From Catajapyx aquilonaris (Eukaryota), in NCBI GenBank assembly GCA_000934665.2, contig KZ538393.1, positions 62,001 to 91,404 of the forward strand: a stretch of DNA of 29,404 nucleotides, read 5' to 3'. Below, one piece after another: positions 8,486 to 21,111 of the stretch; the stretch's first letter is position 1; each line of letters starts with the position of its first letter. The notes under the pieces were generated by a model. That model ran no database searches. It was not told the DNA's origin and saw only the letters and a list, made by a program, of their open reading frames with translations. The position numbers and the translations under genes are program-made.

Positions 8486-11400
8486 CTCCAAGAATTTCTT
8501 TCCACATTTGAATAGTCATAGAATATAATTTTTGATCCTTTTTTTTGAAAAGAAAAGCAATGATAAATACAAAAACCATTTTTCAGATGTATAATCTATT
8601 GCTCAGATTATATGATTCATGCGGATGATAATGAGATACATTATGCAACATCAGATGTTTGACAAATTATGTCGAAGTATATGGTTATAAAGAAGAGGGC
8701 GGTTTCAAAAAGAGACATTACAATGTATACATATAGGGACGGCTCCCTTAAGTCTTATTAGACAATAATATGTAATAACTTGGGGCCCCGATGCGAAGGA
8801 TTATAAATACCGAATTAGCTTCCGCGTCCTTTTGAGTGAACCACATCAAGGAGATGTCTTTCCCCCATGTCGAAACTGAAATCTCCCATTAACGCAATTG
8901 ACGCTGAAATACATTAGTAGACTGCTGGGAGCAGATTAGTCAAGTAAAGAACACAATCATTCCACAGGAGGTTTTATTATTTTTTTCCAATTAACAAATT
9001 AATCAAATAAAGCCGGTTCGCGCAGGTAAGTAAATCTCACGATGGGAAGGGAATATTGTTAAGTCTGTTTTGATGCCATTTCCGTGGGGGTGGAGCTTTC
9101 AAAATAATCAAATGGAGCCTGTGTTTTTTTTTTCTTCCTGTTTTGAAGAGGGGGCAGGTCTGCGGTGTTTTCCGCCCATTTTCATCCACTTAATTCTACC
9201 TTTCCGCAAGAGGAACCCAGCAGCAGTGGGGGAGGGATTGGAGACATTCGTCGCTTTGTTGTCTCAACAGTGAGCGGATTATCGGGGGGATGATAAAAGG
9301 GGGGGGGGGGAGGGCAGTATATATACTACTTGCGAGGAGATTAAGGGATGAAATGATGCTGGAGCCAACTCATTATCTTGCAGCCACATCCGATTAGAGT
9401 TAGTAATATATACAGGGTGGTGCACTGCCCGAAAGTTCAAGAAGTTGCTGCTGCCGACTTGAGTCATTCAAGTTGCCGTGTCAATTGTGACGGATCATTA
9501 TTTGTGTATGTTCACTTGGCTTATCATGTGACACACTGTATTTATATTGCCTAGGGCGTTGCGTCATGTTTGGCATTCGGGCGTTAAAATTGCGTGACCA
9601 CTTAACGCACCTCACCCCTTCTGGCTGTCGGCATTTTTTCTTCTTCTTCTTATTTTTATACCAACCAGCACCACTTTTTCATTGTTGCCGAGATCGATTA
9701 TACGCGGGACATTCCCGCGGCATACTAGGTTATGCAATATGCATATCCACGTCATTATGTCTTTGGAGAGAGAGAGAGAGAAATCAAGTAAGCGAGACGG
9801 GAGTTAATCACGTCAAATTCGGAGTCTGAAATATATGACCCGTACTGTTCGTGTGTGCACAATGACAGAGGCATGTATATATAGGAAATGCAAGGTTTTT
9901 CCTTTTGACATCTCCGTATTGTGTCGCGTGAGCAGGGATGAGATAACATCTCGTTGTAAATGACGCTTGTTGTGTAGCCTTCAGGAAGGGAATAAATATG
10001 TAGTGATTTTTTGACTACACGGCACAAAAGGGGCTGTTGCAATAATTAACACCATGCTTCCCTTCCGGTTGGTGACGGCCCGGCGATACCTTTAACAACA
10101 GGGCAGGAAAAATAATGCAAGAATTAACAATTGAACGGCTATGTACGGGTCGAGACAAAACAATTGGCGGGGTTGAGAATAAACTTTTTAATAAGGTCAA
10201 AACTACACACTGGGAAATAAATGACATCTGAACAATACGCGGTGAATTATTGATGAGGGTGATTTTGTCTGATTGAGTCTAAATTTTCTTGGGTCATCTG
10301 ATATTGTTAACAATAATATTAATTATGAGGACAGTACTGCGTGCAAAGCCAGCTGCTTCATCCTGATTTGTATGCAACCGCACCCTTGTCGTACTGCGCA
10401 GTACAACTCGCAGGCGCAGATTCAAGATTCTACTTCCAGTACAGTACCTGTTCAATGATTGCGTACTTTTAACGGCAGATAACGGGCTTATGCAGAGGTA
10501 CGAAAATAATAACTTAGTACACAATCTTTCGATGATAATAAGGCCACTCTTGTTTTACGTAGTTTAATCCGCAAGTTGAATTACACGTTGCTTTTGTAAC
10601 CAGCATGTTGCAGTAAAGGTATATAGTCCAATAAGAAAGTTCTGCAAGTGCATTAATCCCAACTCTATTCCGTAACAAAAGTTGACGCAATGTCTGACAA
10701 CGAGTTTTATTTGTGTTGAATTTTTTACGTAGCCATTACACCAACTTGCTTAACTCTTGTCAGCTTTGTCAGACCCTTTGGACTATACTCCTTATCGCTG
10801 CATTAACTATGAAAATTGACATGGGAAAGGGGACTGACTCCGTGTTCTTTTTTTTTGTTTGTACCTTCCCGCACTCCTGGCGATCAAATATTAATGGCCA
10901 TAATTGCGCTCATCACGTCGCATGTGAGAGAACGGATTTTTTCCCCCCTTCGTTACAATTCATAATTACTAGGGTTATCTACGGATAGCCAAATTATCAC
11001 CTGATCGGGGTCACGTGAGACTCTTGCACTGTACAAAGTACAAAATGACCTCCCCAATCATTAGGAAACAACCAACAAGTAACTTCTACGACTCGGGTTA
11101 ATTACGCGAAGTTAAAAAATTTGGCCAAAAAATGGAGGATCGAACAAGCTTTGCAAACCTGAGGGTGGTTTTTCTGAGAATCGGATCTGCTCGGGTTGTT
11201 TTCGCGTGGTTTGATTATTTGAATTGGGGGGGAAGAGCAGAGGGTTCATTTTTTTCTGACATGTATATTACGCACTTTTCCTCCCCTATAGCTAAAGTCA
11301 AAGGGGGGTTGCATTGGGGGGGCCAAAATAATGGGAGCCTCATGTTTTTCACACTGTGGTTACTTCGCCGATTGGCATCGCTTCCGGGGCTGCAAAAATG

Positions 11401-11965
11401 TTTGCTTTTATTGCCACCAATATTTTTCGAAACGTAACTCGGAGAACCGCAATTATTTATTTAACATGTTTGCAAGCTGGCACTGGGCTCATTACTTGAT
11501 TACTTCGCCATTTTCGGACCAATTACAGGCGCATATGCTTGGAGATAACGTACCGTAATTACCGGAGTGTTTAGGTAAATTTAAAAGGAGTGGCTGCAAT
11601 AACCTCTCGCTAAAATCACAGGGAGATTAGCTTCCCGTTTAATTAAGGTTCAGTCAGTTTTTTCAGCTTCACAGCCCAAATTCGCATCGCACTTTTTCCA
11701 GGAAATTGCAAAAAAAAACATATTCGTAAAACCGGTCCTTTAGGAAAAACCCCGGGGGGATGAGGCAATGTGTGGAATTTTCCGGGCCAAAAAATTCTCC
11801 CCCCCCCTCCACCTCCTCCTCCACCAGTCTCTTGACCCTTAATTCAAGTGAAAGGAGGGTATTAAGTACATAAAAACGACCTTAATAACCGCAAGCTCTC
11901 TTTGGAAGCCTTAATCTCCTGAAAGGGATGCTGGGGGTCTCCCGCTTTCCATTTGCCACGTAAGC

Positions 11966-11989
11966 GGGGGGGGGGGGGGNNNNGGGGGG
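11966..11989. other. Poly-G tract with assembly gap (nnnn at 11980-11983); similar N-in-homopolymer sites at 13173 and 15025
   Basis: Directly visible in the sequence. Confidence 0.95.
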
Positions 11990-12601
11990 CTCTCCAAAAA
12001 AATGGAAGTGTTAGAGTCCCTAGGACCGGGCTTTGCGCGGCTTGCTGCCAACTTGTCCTTTTGTTGACTTTCTCCAAAAGGACTAGAGAAGGGGGGGCTA
12101 AGAGGGTTTTCTCTTGGAAGGTTTCTGAGGGAGGCGAGTCTTCTCATTCAGGCCGGTCCGGAACCCGAAACTTTCCCAGGGACATAAGAAAACCATTCAA
12201 ATGCTCCGGATCCTCCCCCCGCCGCCGCCGGAACCGTCGGATCAACTTGGGGAAGGCTTTAATTAGTCGGTCTCCAGGGGTGTAACTGGCTGTCTGGGCT
12301 TTTCTGATGGACCAGTAGTTGCAGCAAGTTTCAGACACCGCCAACTATTCATTCGGGCGTTGGCTCCAGCAGTTGTAATTGAGGGTGTTGGGCCCCAGAA
12401 GTATTTGTCTCGTTGTAAAATGTAAAGATTTGGTGTAATATATAGAATTGGCTAGACTTTGTACACAAGTTGACTCATCACCTACGTGCATGTAGTTACC
12501 ACTTTATCCGTGGAGTGGCAGTAGTGTGCAGAGAGGAAGGATGCGCGCCATCTGTTTATGGCGTGTCATACTACAGCTGAATGGGGCGAGACAGGCAGTA
12601 T

Positions 12602-12718
12602 TTGACGTGGCGGTGTGGTTTGTGTTTCTCCCGTGACCCCAAGAGCTATGCCGGCGGTAGCTTCGTCTACTGGCAGGGCCATCCATGTCTTTGGGATATG
12701 AGACAGACTGAGAGATGC
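12602..12718 (+). mobile_element. Probable fragment of an RTE-clade non-LTR retrotransposon 5' UTR (or RTE-dependent SINE body)
   Basis: TTGACGTGGCGG..GGTTTGTGT..TGACCCCAAGAGCTATGCCGGCGGTAGC..CTACTGGCAGGGCCATCCATG..CAGACTGAGAG follows the motif order I recall for RTE/BovB/Expander-type 5' UTRs. An internal stem TGCCGG..GTAG-cttcgt-CTAC..TGGCA is visible. Not search-verified. Confidence 0.55.
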
Positions 12719-13132
12719 CTGTCTTCATTTCTGTGTCCATCTTTATGTCTTCTTATAGCCAGAGAGCCATAATTGCTTTGGCTTCTTCCTAGTAAACCTT
12801 AACCTGACCTAACCTGGCGATGTTGCCAAACTATCTGTTCCTATGTATATCGTCTGCTGGAATGTAGAGCTTTTCTGAGGAGGGATCGGGGCGTGATGAG
12901 GGCCCCGAGTTAGGAGCTTTAGCTAACGACAAGCCATAGAGGAGCCTCTCCTGTAATGAAACTGCCCTAAATATGGCTGCAAAGACTTCACCTTTTCATG
13001 GCAGATGGCTCGCTTTTCTCACGGCCCAAATTGTTTTCGCGCGCGAGTGATTAACGGAGCTGTTGTCGGGGCTTCGCCTTCGACTGCCGGATTTAGGGCC
13101 CCGCCGGCAATCACCGGAATCAGCCCTTGGCC

Positions 13133-13213
13133 CACCCCCCCCCTCCTCTTCACTTGTACAACCCCCCCCCCCNCACCCCCCCCCTCCTCTTCACTTGTAC
13201 AACCCCCCCCCCC
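13133..13213. repeat. Direct tandem duplication (~40 bp x2) separated by a single N; likely assembly artefact
   Basis: CA-C(n)-TCCTCTTCACTTGTACAA-C(n) occurs twice, either side of the n at 13173. Confidence 0.7.
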
Positions 13214-13943
13214 TCCCATCCTCCTCTTGTCTTTCTTCCTTCCATTCATTTAGTAATTACAGTCGGAAGTAATCCCCAAGGAACTGCCGGTGCAACACCA
13301 GATTACGCATTCATGATTGTATCGCCCGGGCTTTGATTGCCGGAGGGCTCAGCCTAATCCCTTTCGCTTCAGTGTCACTTTAATTTTCCGAATGCTGTGC
13401 GCCATAATAGAAAATCTCCAAAATCCCATGATAGCAGTCAGCAAAAATAGGATTCGCAAGATTCCAGTTAAGTCGAATCGAGCATGAGACGAGGGAGAGT
13501 TAACCAAACTTGATCAAAAAAAGAAGAAGAAGAAGAAGGAAGCTATGGATGAGTGGGGGGGTTGGAAGAATTGGTCCTCCCACTTTCGAAAAAAAAAGGA
13601 AGATGCAGTGTATGCTGGTGTGGGAGGGGTGTATTGTATGTGCCTGGAGAGTGCCTTTTCGGACGCTTCGTTGCCCCCTCCAAATTGGTGATATTTCTTG
13701 GTTCGGAGTGGGAGTTGGCATTTTCAGAGGGAGGGTAGGCAGGGGAGGGGGTTAGAATGCTCGAGTTTTTCCTCCAGTAGTTGGTGTATTGTAATGGGGG
13801 CCGGGGTGGGTCCCACGGGGGCCGTCCGCCCCGCCACCTTGACGCACGTTCACGATTTGTTCCACAGATTTGGCTTGATCAATGGAAAAAAAAGAGGAAG
13901 CTGGGAGGGTAGCACGGAAGAGCAAGACTACGAATATAATGTA

Positions 13944-14662
13944 CAGGGTGATCCAACAAGACAGAAAAATTCTGCATGTCCCAATAAGCAGGATATTAGT
14001 AACAGTTGAAAGTAGCTGCTACATTGCCCGATGATGAACCAAAAAACGGGCAATATACGTTATTCTGTTTCAACCCATGAACTTTTACATTATACTATAG
14101 AAAAACCCTCGCTTGGCTCACTTTTTTCTGGGCCTGCGGCATACGCTGGTGGAGGCCATATTGTTAATGACTTTGGCCTTCGAACAGCCCTGTTATCAAC
14201 AAGTCCTGACTGACGTACCAAGAACAAACTGTTGACTGACTGTCAACAACCTGACCAACTGGCCACAACAATACAGGGATGGGTGGGTGGCACTAGAGAG
14301 CAGGTGGAACAGATGGAGCGAAGTTGACCCTCCGACCGTCAGCTATCAAATGGTCAGTTTCTCCTCCCACCCACCAGAGGCGCTGTCTCCACCCCATTGC
14401 GCATGAGCAGGTCGGAGTCAAATCAGAAGTGTCGCGGTAACAATATGCGGCGGACCAATCAGAAAGCTTATACATACATGCCCACTACGATTTTAATGCT
14501 ATAGATGGACTTGTGATCGACTGGTTACAATGAAAAGTTTGAAATCGTTTTTATGGCACCGTGTGAAAAATGTAGCAGTTACTTTTAAGCTGAGTATAAG
14601 TAAGCTGATGCTACAGTATCGAATCGGGCAAAATTTTAGTTATCGACTGTTGGATCACCCTG
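13944..14662. mobile_element. Non-autonomous Tc1/mariner-type DNA transposon (719 bp) with TA target-site duplication
   Basis: Perfect 15-bp TIR CAGGGTGATCCAACA (13944-13958)/TGTTGGATCACCCTG (14648-14662), with TA at 13942-13943 and 14663-14664. Subterminal inverted match AAAGTAGCTGCTACATT/AATGTAGCAGTTACTTT. No transposase ORF. Confidence 0.85.
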
Positions 14663-16739
14663 TATGTAAATAACAAAAAGGGAAAGAGACGTGGGGAAGC
14701 AGTGCATGGTCGCCATTTGCTTCGTCAAAGATAATATACGGCAGCCTGGGCCCCCAGCGCCAATTGTTTTTTTCTCCCCGGAAAGCTAACGCGCGGCAGG
14801 GAAAATGAACCAATTTAAAATCCCGCAACATCGGGAACCGTGAGATTGACTCTTAGCTTAAAATTAGACGGCGCCGTGAAATCCAATTATGTCTTAATTT
14901 TCGACGATGTGGGAAGAACCTTGCCTTACTTGGCTAATCCCATCATGGATTTTGCCGTTTTGCTGGTTTCATTCTTTAATCAGGAGCCGAACCTACGGAT
15001 GGTGCCTGGTGTGGAGGGGGGGGGNGGGGGGGGAGAGAGAGAGAGAGAGTTTATTATTTCCGAACTAAGTGAATTAATAGCTGCGGTTTTGGAACGGCCG
15101 TGCTGAAATGTGAGCGCCAAATAGAATTCCAGAGACCATAATTTAATGGACACTGCCTGCTGCTGGAAGGGGGGAGGAAGCCTCAAATAACAAGATGGAC
15201 AGAGGCCCCATCTGGATAATCATGTCCGACCTGATGTGTGCCTTGGTAGACATAATTAGGAGCGGAAGGAAAAGGCATATGTATACAGTACGTGTGCAGG
15301 ACATTGCAACTTTTCGTTAGTGTTCATCTAGGCGGAATGCTGGACAAAAGGAGTGGTTTTGCGGCCATTCAATTTCAGGGGTACTGTAATCATTACAGTG
15401 CGATATGGTTCATTGTACATCAGAGTATTGACTCTGGCTGAATTGTAATGTGAGCCTGCTAATCACAGCATTTGGCGATATACGCGCTGATATGATTTTG
15501 TGGACATCCAGCGTACAGCCTGCTTTCTTCCTGTAAAAGGGCGGGTGTGTGATTCATATGCAGAATCTACAGTATATGGAAAATTAGTGTATATGCATTG
15601 CCAAAAAATGCAGACGTTATTATTACGCAATGTGGTCCCGGGTATTTTTTGGCAGCGTAATACCGAAATGAGTGTAATAAATTATGTTGGGCGGTCTGCC
15701 GAATATAGAGTGATGGTTGGACCTATACACACATGCACACAGTTCATTTTCACGTTCGTTGCGATTACATTTGCATGCAATGAATTTATTACACATGTGA
15801 AGGGGTGCGGAGTTTATTAGGCAATCAGCGTCTAGGCACAATGTTATTAGCTGGCACTGAAACTGACCACAAATTGCTTTTTTTTTTTGAGTCGGTGGTC
15901 CTAAGCCGACACCAAGACAACTGGACAGTGCATGCGGTAATAATAAATTAGAGATTCCCTCGTTACCTTAGTCTACGTTAGAGCTTATTGCATTTGGACA
16001 GGGCCAGGCGCTCAGTATGCCAATCTGATTAGCAATACTGGATTTGATGATGGGTTTTAATCAATAGCTGGCAATGGAATGTGTGGTTATGAAAATAGAA
16101 TAAATGCTGACTATGCTTTGAGAAACTAACGCATCACTATTGTACTCGAAAATAATTTCACTATAATGCCTTTTTTATTTATCTGAGAAAGTTGTTGCTC
16201 GCAGGTTTCCAACTTGAATTAAGTATAATATGTCTATAATATTATGCAATATGTAGCTTACACAATTTAAATTACTTTCAAAATTAACTCAAGATGAGTT
16301 GCAAAAATATCCCATACTCTCTGATCAATTCATTCGCGCTTTTTTATCCGTCATATTTATGGCATTATTTTCCTCCTTCACTTGTTATCAATCAATTTAT
16401 TCTTCCATCTCTGATCAAAATATTTGGCATTGCACGATGGGCCTTATTTTATCCCATAAAAATTCTCAATGCAAACAAACGGCCTGGATGCTTTTTTTTA
16501 AAAGGCCTCTCCGGACAAAATTATAGCGAAAAGCAACTTGGAGCGACTTGAAGTAATCGAGCCGGTTACCCGAAATGGGGCGGATAAAAACGACACGGCC
16601 AGAGTCGTGTAAACATCCCTCAAGTTCCGCTCTAAATGAGACGGAAGTGATTAGTGCTTTCCAGTCGCTTGTCTCCCGTTAATTGAACGGACATTTAAAT
16701 TCGCAATTAAACTTGACACCGTCCTAAAAAGCGAAGGGT

Positions 16740-16758
16740 GCTGCTGCTGCTGCTGCTG
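16740..16758. repeat. (CTG)6 microsatellite; other short ones are (AAG)n at ~13521-13541 and (GA)n at ~9766-9781, ~15033-15049 and ~26477-26490
   Basis: Directly visible in the sequence. Confidence 0.85.
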
Positions 16759-19700
16759 TTTGGGGGAGGAGGAAACTGCGTGATTTGCGGCTCGGAGAGG
16801 GAATCCCCCTTTTATAACAGACCCTTTTCTCTCCGGATGGACCTCCGGGACCTCTTTCCGGGACTCAGGCTCCCGGAAAAGGCATCGGATTCCGTGTTTA
16901 CAGCAGCTGACTCGGCCCAAATCCACTCTTATAATAAAGTGAGGATATATTGTGATTATTGCGGGGGGTATAAATTTATAAGTGAGTTCCCCCCCCCCTC
17001 TCTCCCACCCTTATTTTCTTCAGCCCCTCTCTCTCTCTGCTGGAGCCAGGCACTCGCCGGAATATTATGTTGAGTATGAATATTGCATGAAGATCATTTA
17101 TGGGCGATGCATTCGCTTAACAGGCTTGTACCGTCTCGCGGGAGCAAATTACCGGGCGCGAATGTGTGGCAGGGACTCGGACTTCGTTATTTCACATGAC
17201 CGCTTGACTTGTCCCTTGGCCGGCCCCGGCCTGATGCCTACAATATATTCTCCTGGATGGCTCGACGAATAATGGAAAGGAAAGGGCGGCCAGCAGCAGC
17301 AGGATAGACACAGAGAGAAAAAAAAACCGGTACGCTGAAAATACTGAGATGAAATGAAAAAAAGGACGTGATTATACACTGCAAAACAAGGTGTTTCGCA
17401 ATTATTCGGATATACGCCAAAAATTATTCTCTGGTAGTCCGTAGAGTTATCAAATGTGATTGGAATCATTTTTGATGCACCCTGTAGGTGCTGTCTAATA
17501 GGCTGCGTGCTCACTCGAGTCGAAGTGATGGAGCTGAGGATTCTTGGATAACACTGGTGATTTAGGTAGAAGACGGCATAAATTTGAGTCAAGTACATGC
17601 TGGGTGAGTCAGATCATGTTTATTCAGTTGTGTCAAATCAACATTCGAATGGCTCGCGTGGGTGAGTTACCATCTTTTAGGTGCTTCATGGTCAGAGGAA
17701 TAACTAGACATTAGTTGGATGCCAACCAAAATAATATTCTTTAGTTATGTTGTTTTGTCAATAAACTATAACCCGTGCTCGTAATCTTGAGTTGTAATAT
17801 TACTTTCGGATAAAATTAATTGCAAAAAAATTCGTGCAAAATTAGAAAGTCGCACAGATATACCAAACGAGAGGTACGAGTAGTCCATGAAAACTGTAGG
17901 ATTTATATTGGTGAGTTTAGTGTAAAAATATATTTTAATGAAAGCAAGATAACTGAAATTAATCCAAACGACCCGCTACGCCAAACTTAGGTCATATTCA
18001 ATGTATTTTATAAGTTGTTTTTTAAATATAAGTGTACCAAATAAAGTCGGACCCTTAACTTATTTTATCAAAGAAATTATACCGATGAGGAGCAATGAAT
18101 AAAAAAACTATTTCAGAAAGACGACGTCAAGTAGTGACATTTCCATTATACTTATTGTGCTCGCGTGAGTGGTGTGTTGATATCATTCTGTTATCGAAAT
18201 ATGTGAGATTATTTTTTAAGTTTCTTCTCTTTGGCATAACGTGACTTCAAAATTGGTCAGAGTTCGTATCTCACTACTGATTTTTAGAAAATAGAGTAGC
18301 TAAGTAACAACCTATGTGGCTACGTAACTGATTCTTACAGGTGTAATGATAAACGCAGCTAATCTTTCAAAACAATTTTCTCTTACCCTATAACTTCCTC
18401 CTTTCATCGAATATAGGTATATTTATACATCATAGGCTATATTCGTTAATTTTAGGTGATAAATGATGGCAGAAGTATAGAACGAAAAGATCATAATAAC
18501 ATTTACCATATTTTTATAAAGCAGCGCTACCAGTTCTTCGCAAGCCTGCACAAGTCCTATATAATTATTATGGGCAGTCCATGCGGTAGCTGCAGCGCTA
18601 CTCAAACTGCACATTTTGTTGTGAGAAGAGGTAGGGCCCGGCACGGTGGGCACTACTTTACAATCTGAGTCTTTATAAGAACGTCAAGTCAATGTTTTGA
18701 AAATTATCTTCTTATACACAAAGTTTCGAATGTTCTCAATAATTATTTTGTGATTCAGTCAGTCAATTGCATAATCTAAGTTTGTGTTCATTTTCCCCTG
18801 AGTAATTCCCTGGTCCAAAATTGCGACGTTACGGGTGACCTCTTCACCCATTTACATCTGAGGTCAATGGTTGGATGTATTGCAGTAATTGCACTCTCCT
18901 TCGACAGAACGTTAGAAGCAAATATTTTAGATAATCTCTGAAAGCAACCCTATTCCATAGTAACTCTTTAATGTGAAATGAGCTGCTTACTACCGGATAA
19001 TTCAGTTGGAACACCTTGCATCTAGTGTGACATGTAAGAATATTACTGTCCAGCCTCAATACCGGTTGCAATTAGCAATTTTTGCGACATGTCTGCCTTT
19101 TTGTATAGAATTCTGATAATCTGCTTTACCAAAACCGTCGGTAAACATTACAGTTCTTGACAACAACAATAATTATTATTAGCGACTCCTTCTCCTCCTT
19201 AAAAAAAATCAGTGCCAGAAACGAGGCCAATTTATGTCGCATTTGTCGCCTAGTTATTTGCATCGAATTTGCAGAGCACCGGGCCTCCTCCCCCATCAGT
19301 CTCCTTACCCCCTTCCTCCTCTCCCTTGCCGTGCGCGTAATTATCCTGCGGGGTCTTTGAATATTAAAAGGATCCATTTAGAGAAGGAAGAAAGAAGCTC
19401 GCAGACACAAAGGGGAGAAATTAATCCCGAGTCGCGTTCAGGGGGCCCCCTGCTCCTTCGTCTTTCTAATGAGCGAGCGATTCAAATGTGATCTCCTCTC
19501 AATTAACTCCTATATTTTTCAAGCAACTTTTCTTTTTTTTTCTCTCTCTCTCTCCTCCTCCAGTCCTTCTTACGACTTACCTTCTTTTCTTTCTCCCTCC
19601 CTATATACCCCCCCTATATAGGAAAAAGCATTTTAGCGCGTTCAATTTGTCCCGGAGAAAACGGGGCATTTGCACAATTCGAGGGGGGCAAATCTCTCAG

Positions 19701-20298
19701 CCTCCCTCCCTCCCTCCCTCCCCCTGTTATCCAGCAAGGCAAATTGAATGGGATGGCTTTCATTTTCTCCGATGTTTCTGCCAGCTGTGATTACATGCTT
19801 AGATAACACCGCCCTCTGCCGTCTTCTCCATAAACTTTCCTCCGAGGTCCTGCATGTCTATTGAGGAAAATACATGTCTCAGTAAGCTCCTTTTTCAAGG
19901 GAGGTCTGGAGAAAAGCCCACCCCTTAAACTTCTTTCCACCCTTTCATGTCTCCAAGCACTTTTTCTCTCTCTAAGGAGATGATTACTGCATAGGATCTT
20001 CCTTTTGGACCCGAGTCCCTTTGCTATACTTGCAGAGAGGGAATTAAGTCGCAACTTCATTACAAGTCCTATTTTTCACAATGGAGGAGCCCAACAACTA
20101 TATAAATTTGAATCGAACCCGCCGCCTACGCAAGGTTTTCAAACCGATTCAAATGGACGACTTAATGTTGGCAAATTGGGGGAAGAGTAATTATAGACAC
20201 CCACCCTGTGCTGGCGCAGAGGGCACGAGGGTCTACACAATTTTGTTTACAGCCATTGAGGCAACGACCTTATTACATTCTCAAATTTGGTGTTTCTA

Positions 20299-20430
20299 CA
20301 GTATGGGGCTCAAATTGTTTTGGCCACTTCATCCTGGTCTTGAAGCAACCCTTCGCACATGCCCCACGTTGAGCAGGTGTGTGTGTCAAGACCAGGATAA
20401 AGTGGCCAAAACAATTTGAGCCCCATAGTG
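20299..20430. mobile_element. Tc1-type MITE (132 bp) with 45-bp TIRs and TA TSD
   Basis: CAGTATGGGGCTCAAATTGTTTTGGCCACTTCATCCTGGTCTTGA (20299-20343) matches the reverse complement of 20386-20430 at 43/45. TA on both flanks. Confidence 0.9.
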
Positions 20431-20487
20431 TACAGTGTCAGAGTTAGATGCACTGGGCATTGGAAAAACGCAAAAGGTCTTTATTAT

Positions 20488-20666
20488 TTATCCTGACTGT
20501 TCAGGTCAGCCCTTCAGCCTCTCTTGCGTGCCGGTCAGTCTAGCTTGCAGGATAACTCATATAAATCGGATTCTATTTTCTGGGCTGACTTAAATGCGTT
20601 ATCCTACCGGCTGCACTAACCGCGACGCAAGGGAGGCTGAAGTATTGCCCTGAACAGTCAGGATAA
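20488..20666. mobile_element. Foldback element/MITE (179 bp, palindromic over almost its whole length)
   Basis: Perfect 18-bp terminal inverted repeat TTATCCTGACTGTTCAGG/CCTGAACAGTCAGGATAA. The 68-bp arms pair ungapped at 55/68 Watson-Crick positions, and looser pairing continues to a short central loop. Confidence 0.85.
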
Positions 20667-20905
20667 TGTACATTTTCTTACGTGGACTGAATTTGATTAG
20701 CAGAAAATTGCTGGAATCGGGGCTATCCTCACAGTCTAATTATTATATCGCAATGGTCACACCAAGTGCCGGCGCACTATGTTTCTATAGGCAAAATACA
20801 TATTATTTACTAGACGTATTATATGCGTGCAGTATACTGATATAATAACTCAAAAGCAAAGTGAAGGTGATGCACTTCCATCACAGATCAAAACTGTGGC
20901 ACGTA

Positions 20906-21111
20906 CACCCGCGAGCATAAAGATAGAGACGGAAAGCTCTCACCTTCGGCAGGCTGCTCTGCCAATCTCAGCTATTACGGTATCAAATATACTTACATAA
21001 ATACACGAACCGACACGAACACACGCATGAAGCAGCTAACTCGGTCCAAAAAGTCGGATAAAGAAAGGTCAAAAAAAGGGCCTGCCGTCTCCATCTTTAT
21101 GCTCGCGGGGG
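20906..21111. mobile_element. MITE (206 bp) with 27-bp TIRs and TA TSD
   Basis: CACCCGCGAGCATAAAGATAGAGACGG (20906-20932) matches the reverse complement of 21085-21111 at 25/27. TA at 20904-20905 and 21112-21113. Confidence 0.85.

Noticed and set aside
10211..10230. E-box plus TC-box (CAGATG-N7-TTTCCCA on the minus strand) resembling a PTF1/RBPJ site
   Set aside because: The spacing differs from the canonical arrangement as I recall it, and it is a single occurrence.
12795..12815. Degenerate (AACCT)n resembling the arthropod telomere repeat
   Set aside because: Only about four imperfect units, which are common in repeat-derived DNA.
13133..13213. Direct repeat that could suggest a CRISPR-like or functional tandem array
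   Set aside because: Only two copies, joined by a single N within C-homopolymers, which is typical of overlapping contig ends in a scaffold.
20109..20135. B-box-like GGGTTCGATTC on the minus strand (tRNA or SINE?)
   Set aside because: No A box at suitable spacing and no cloverleaf.
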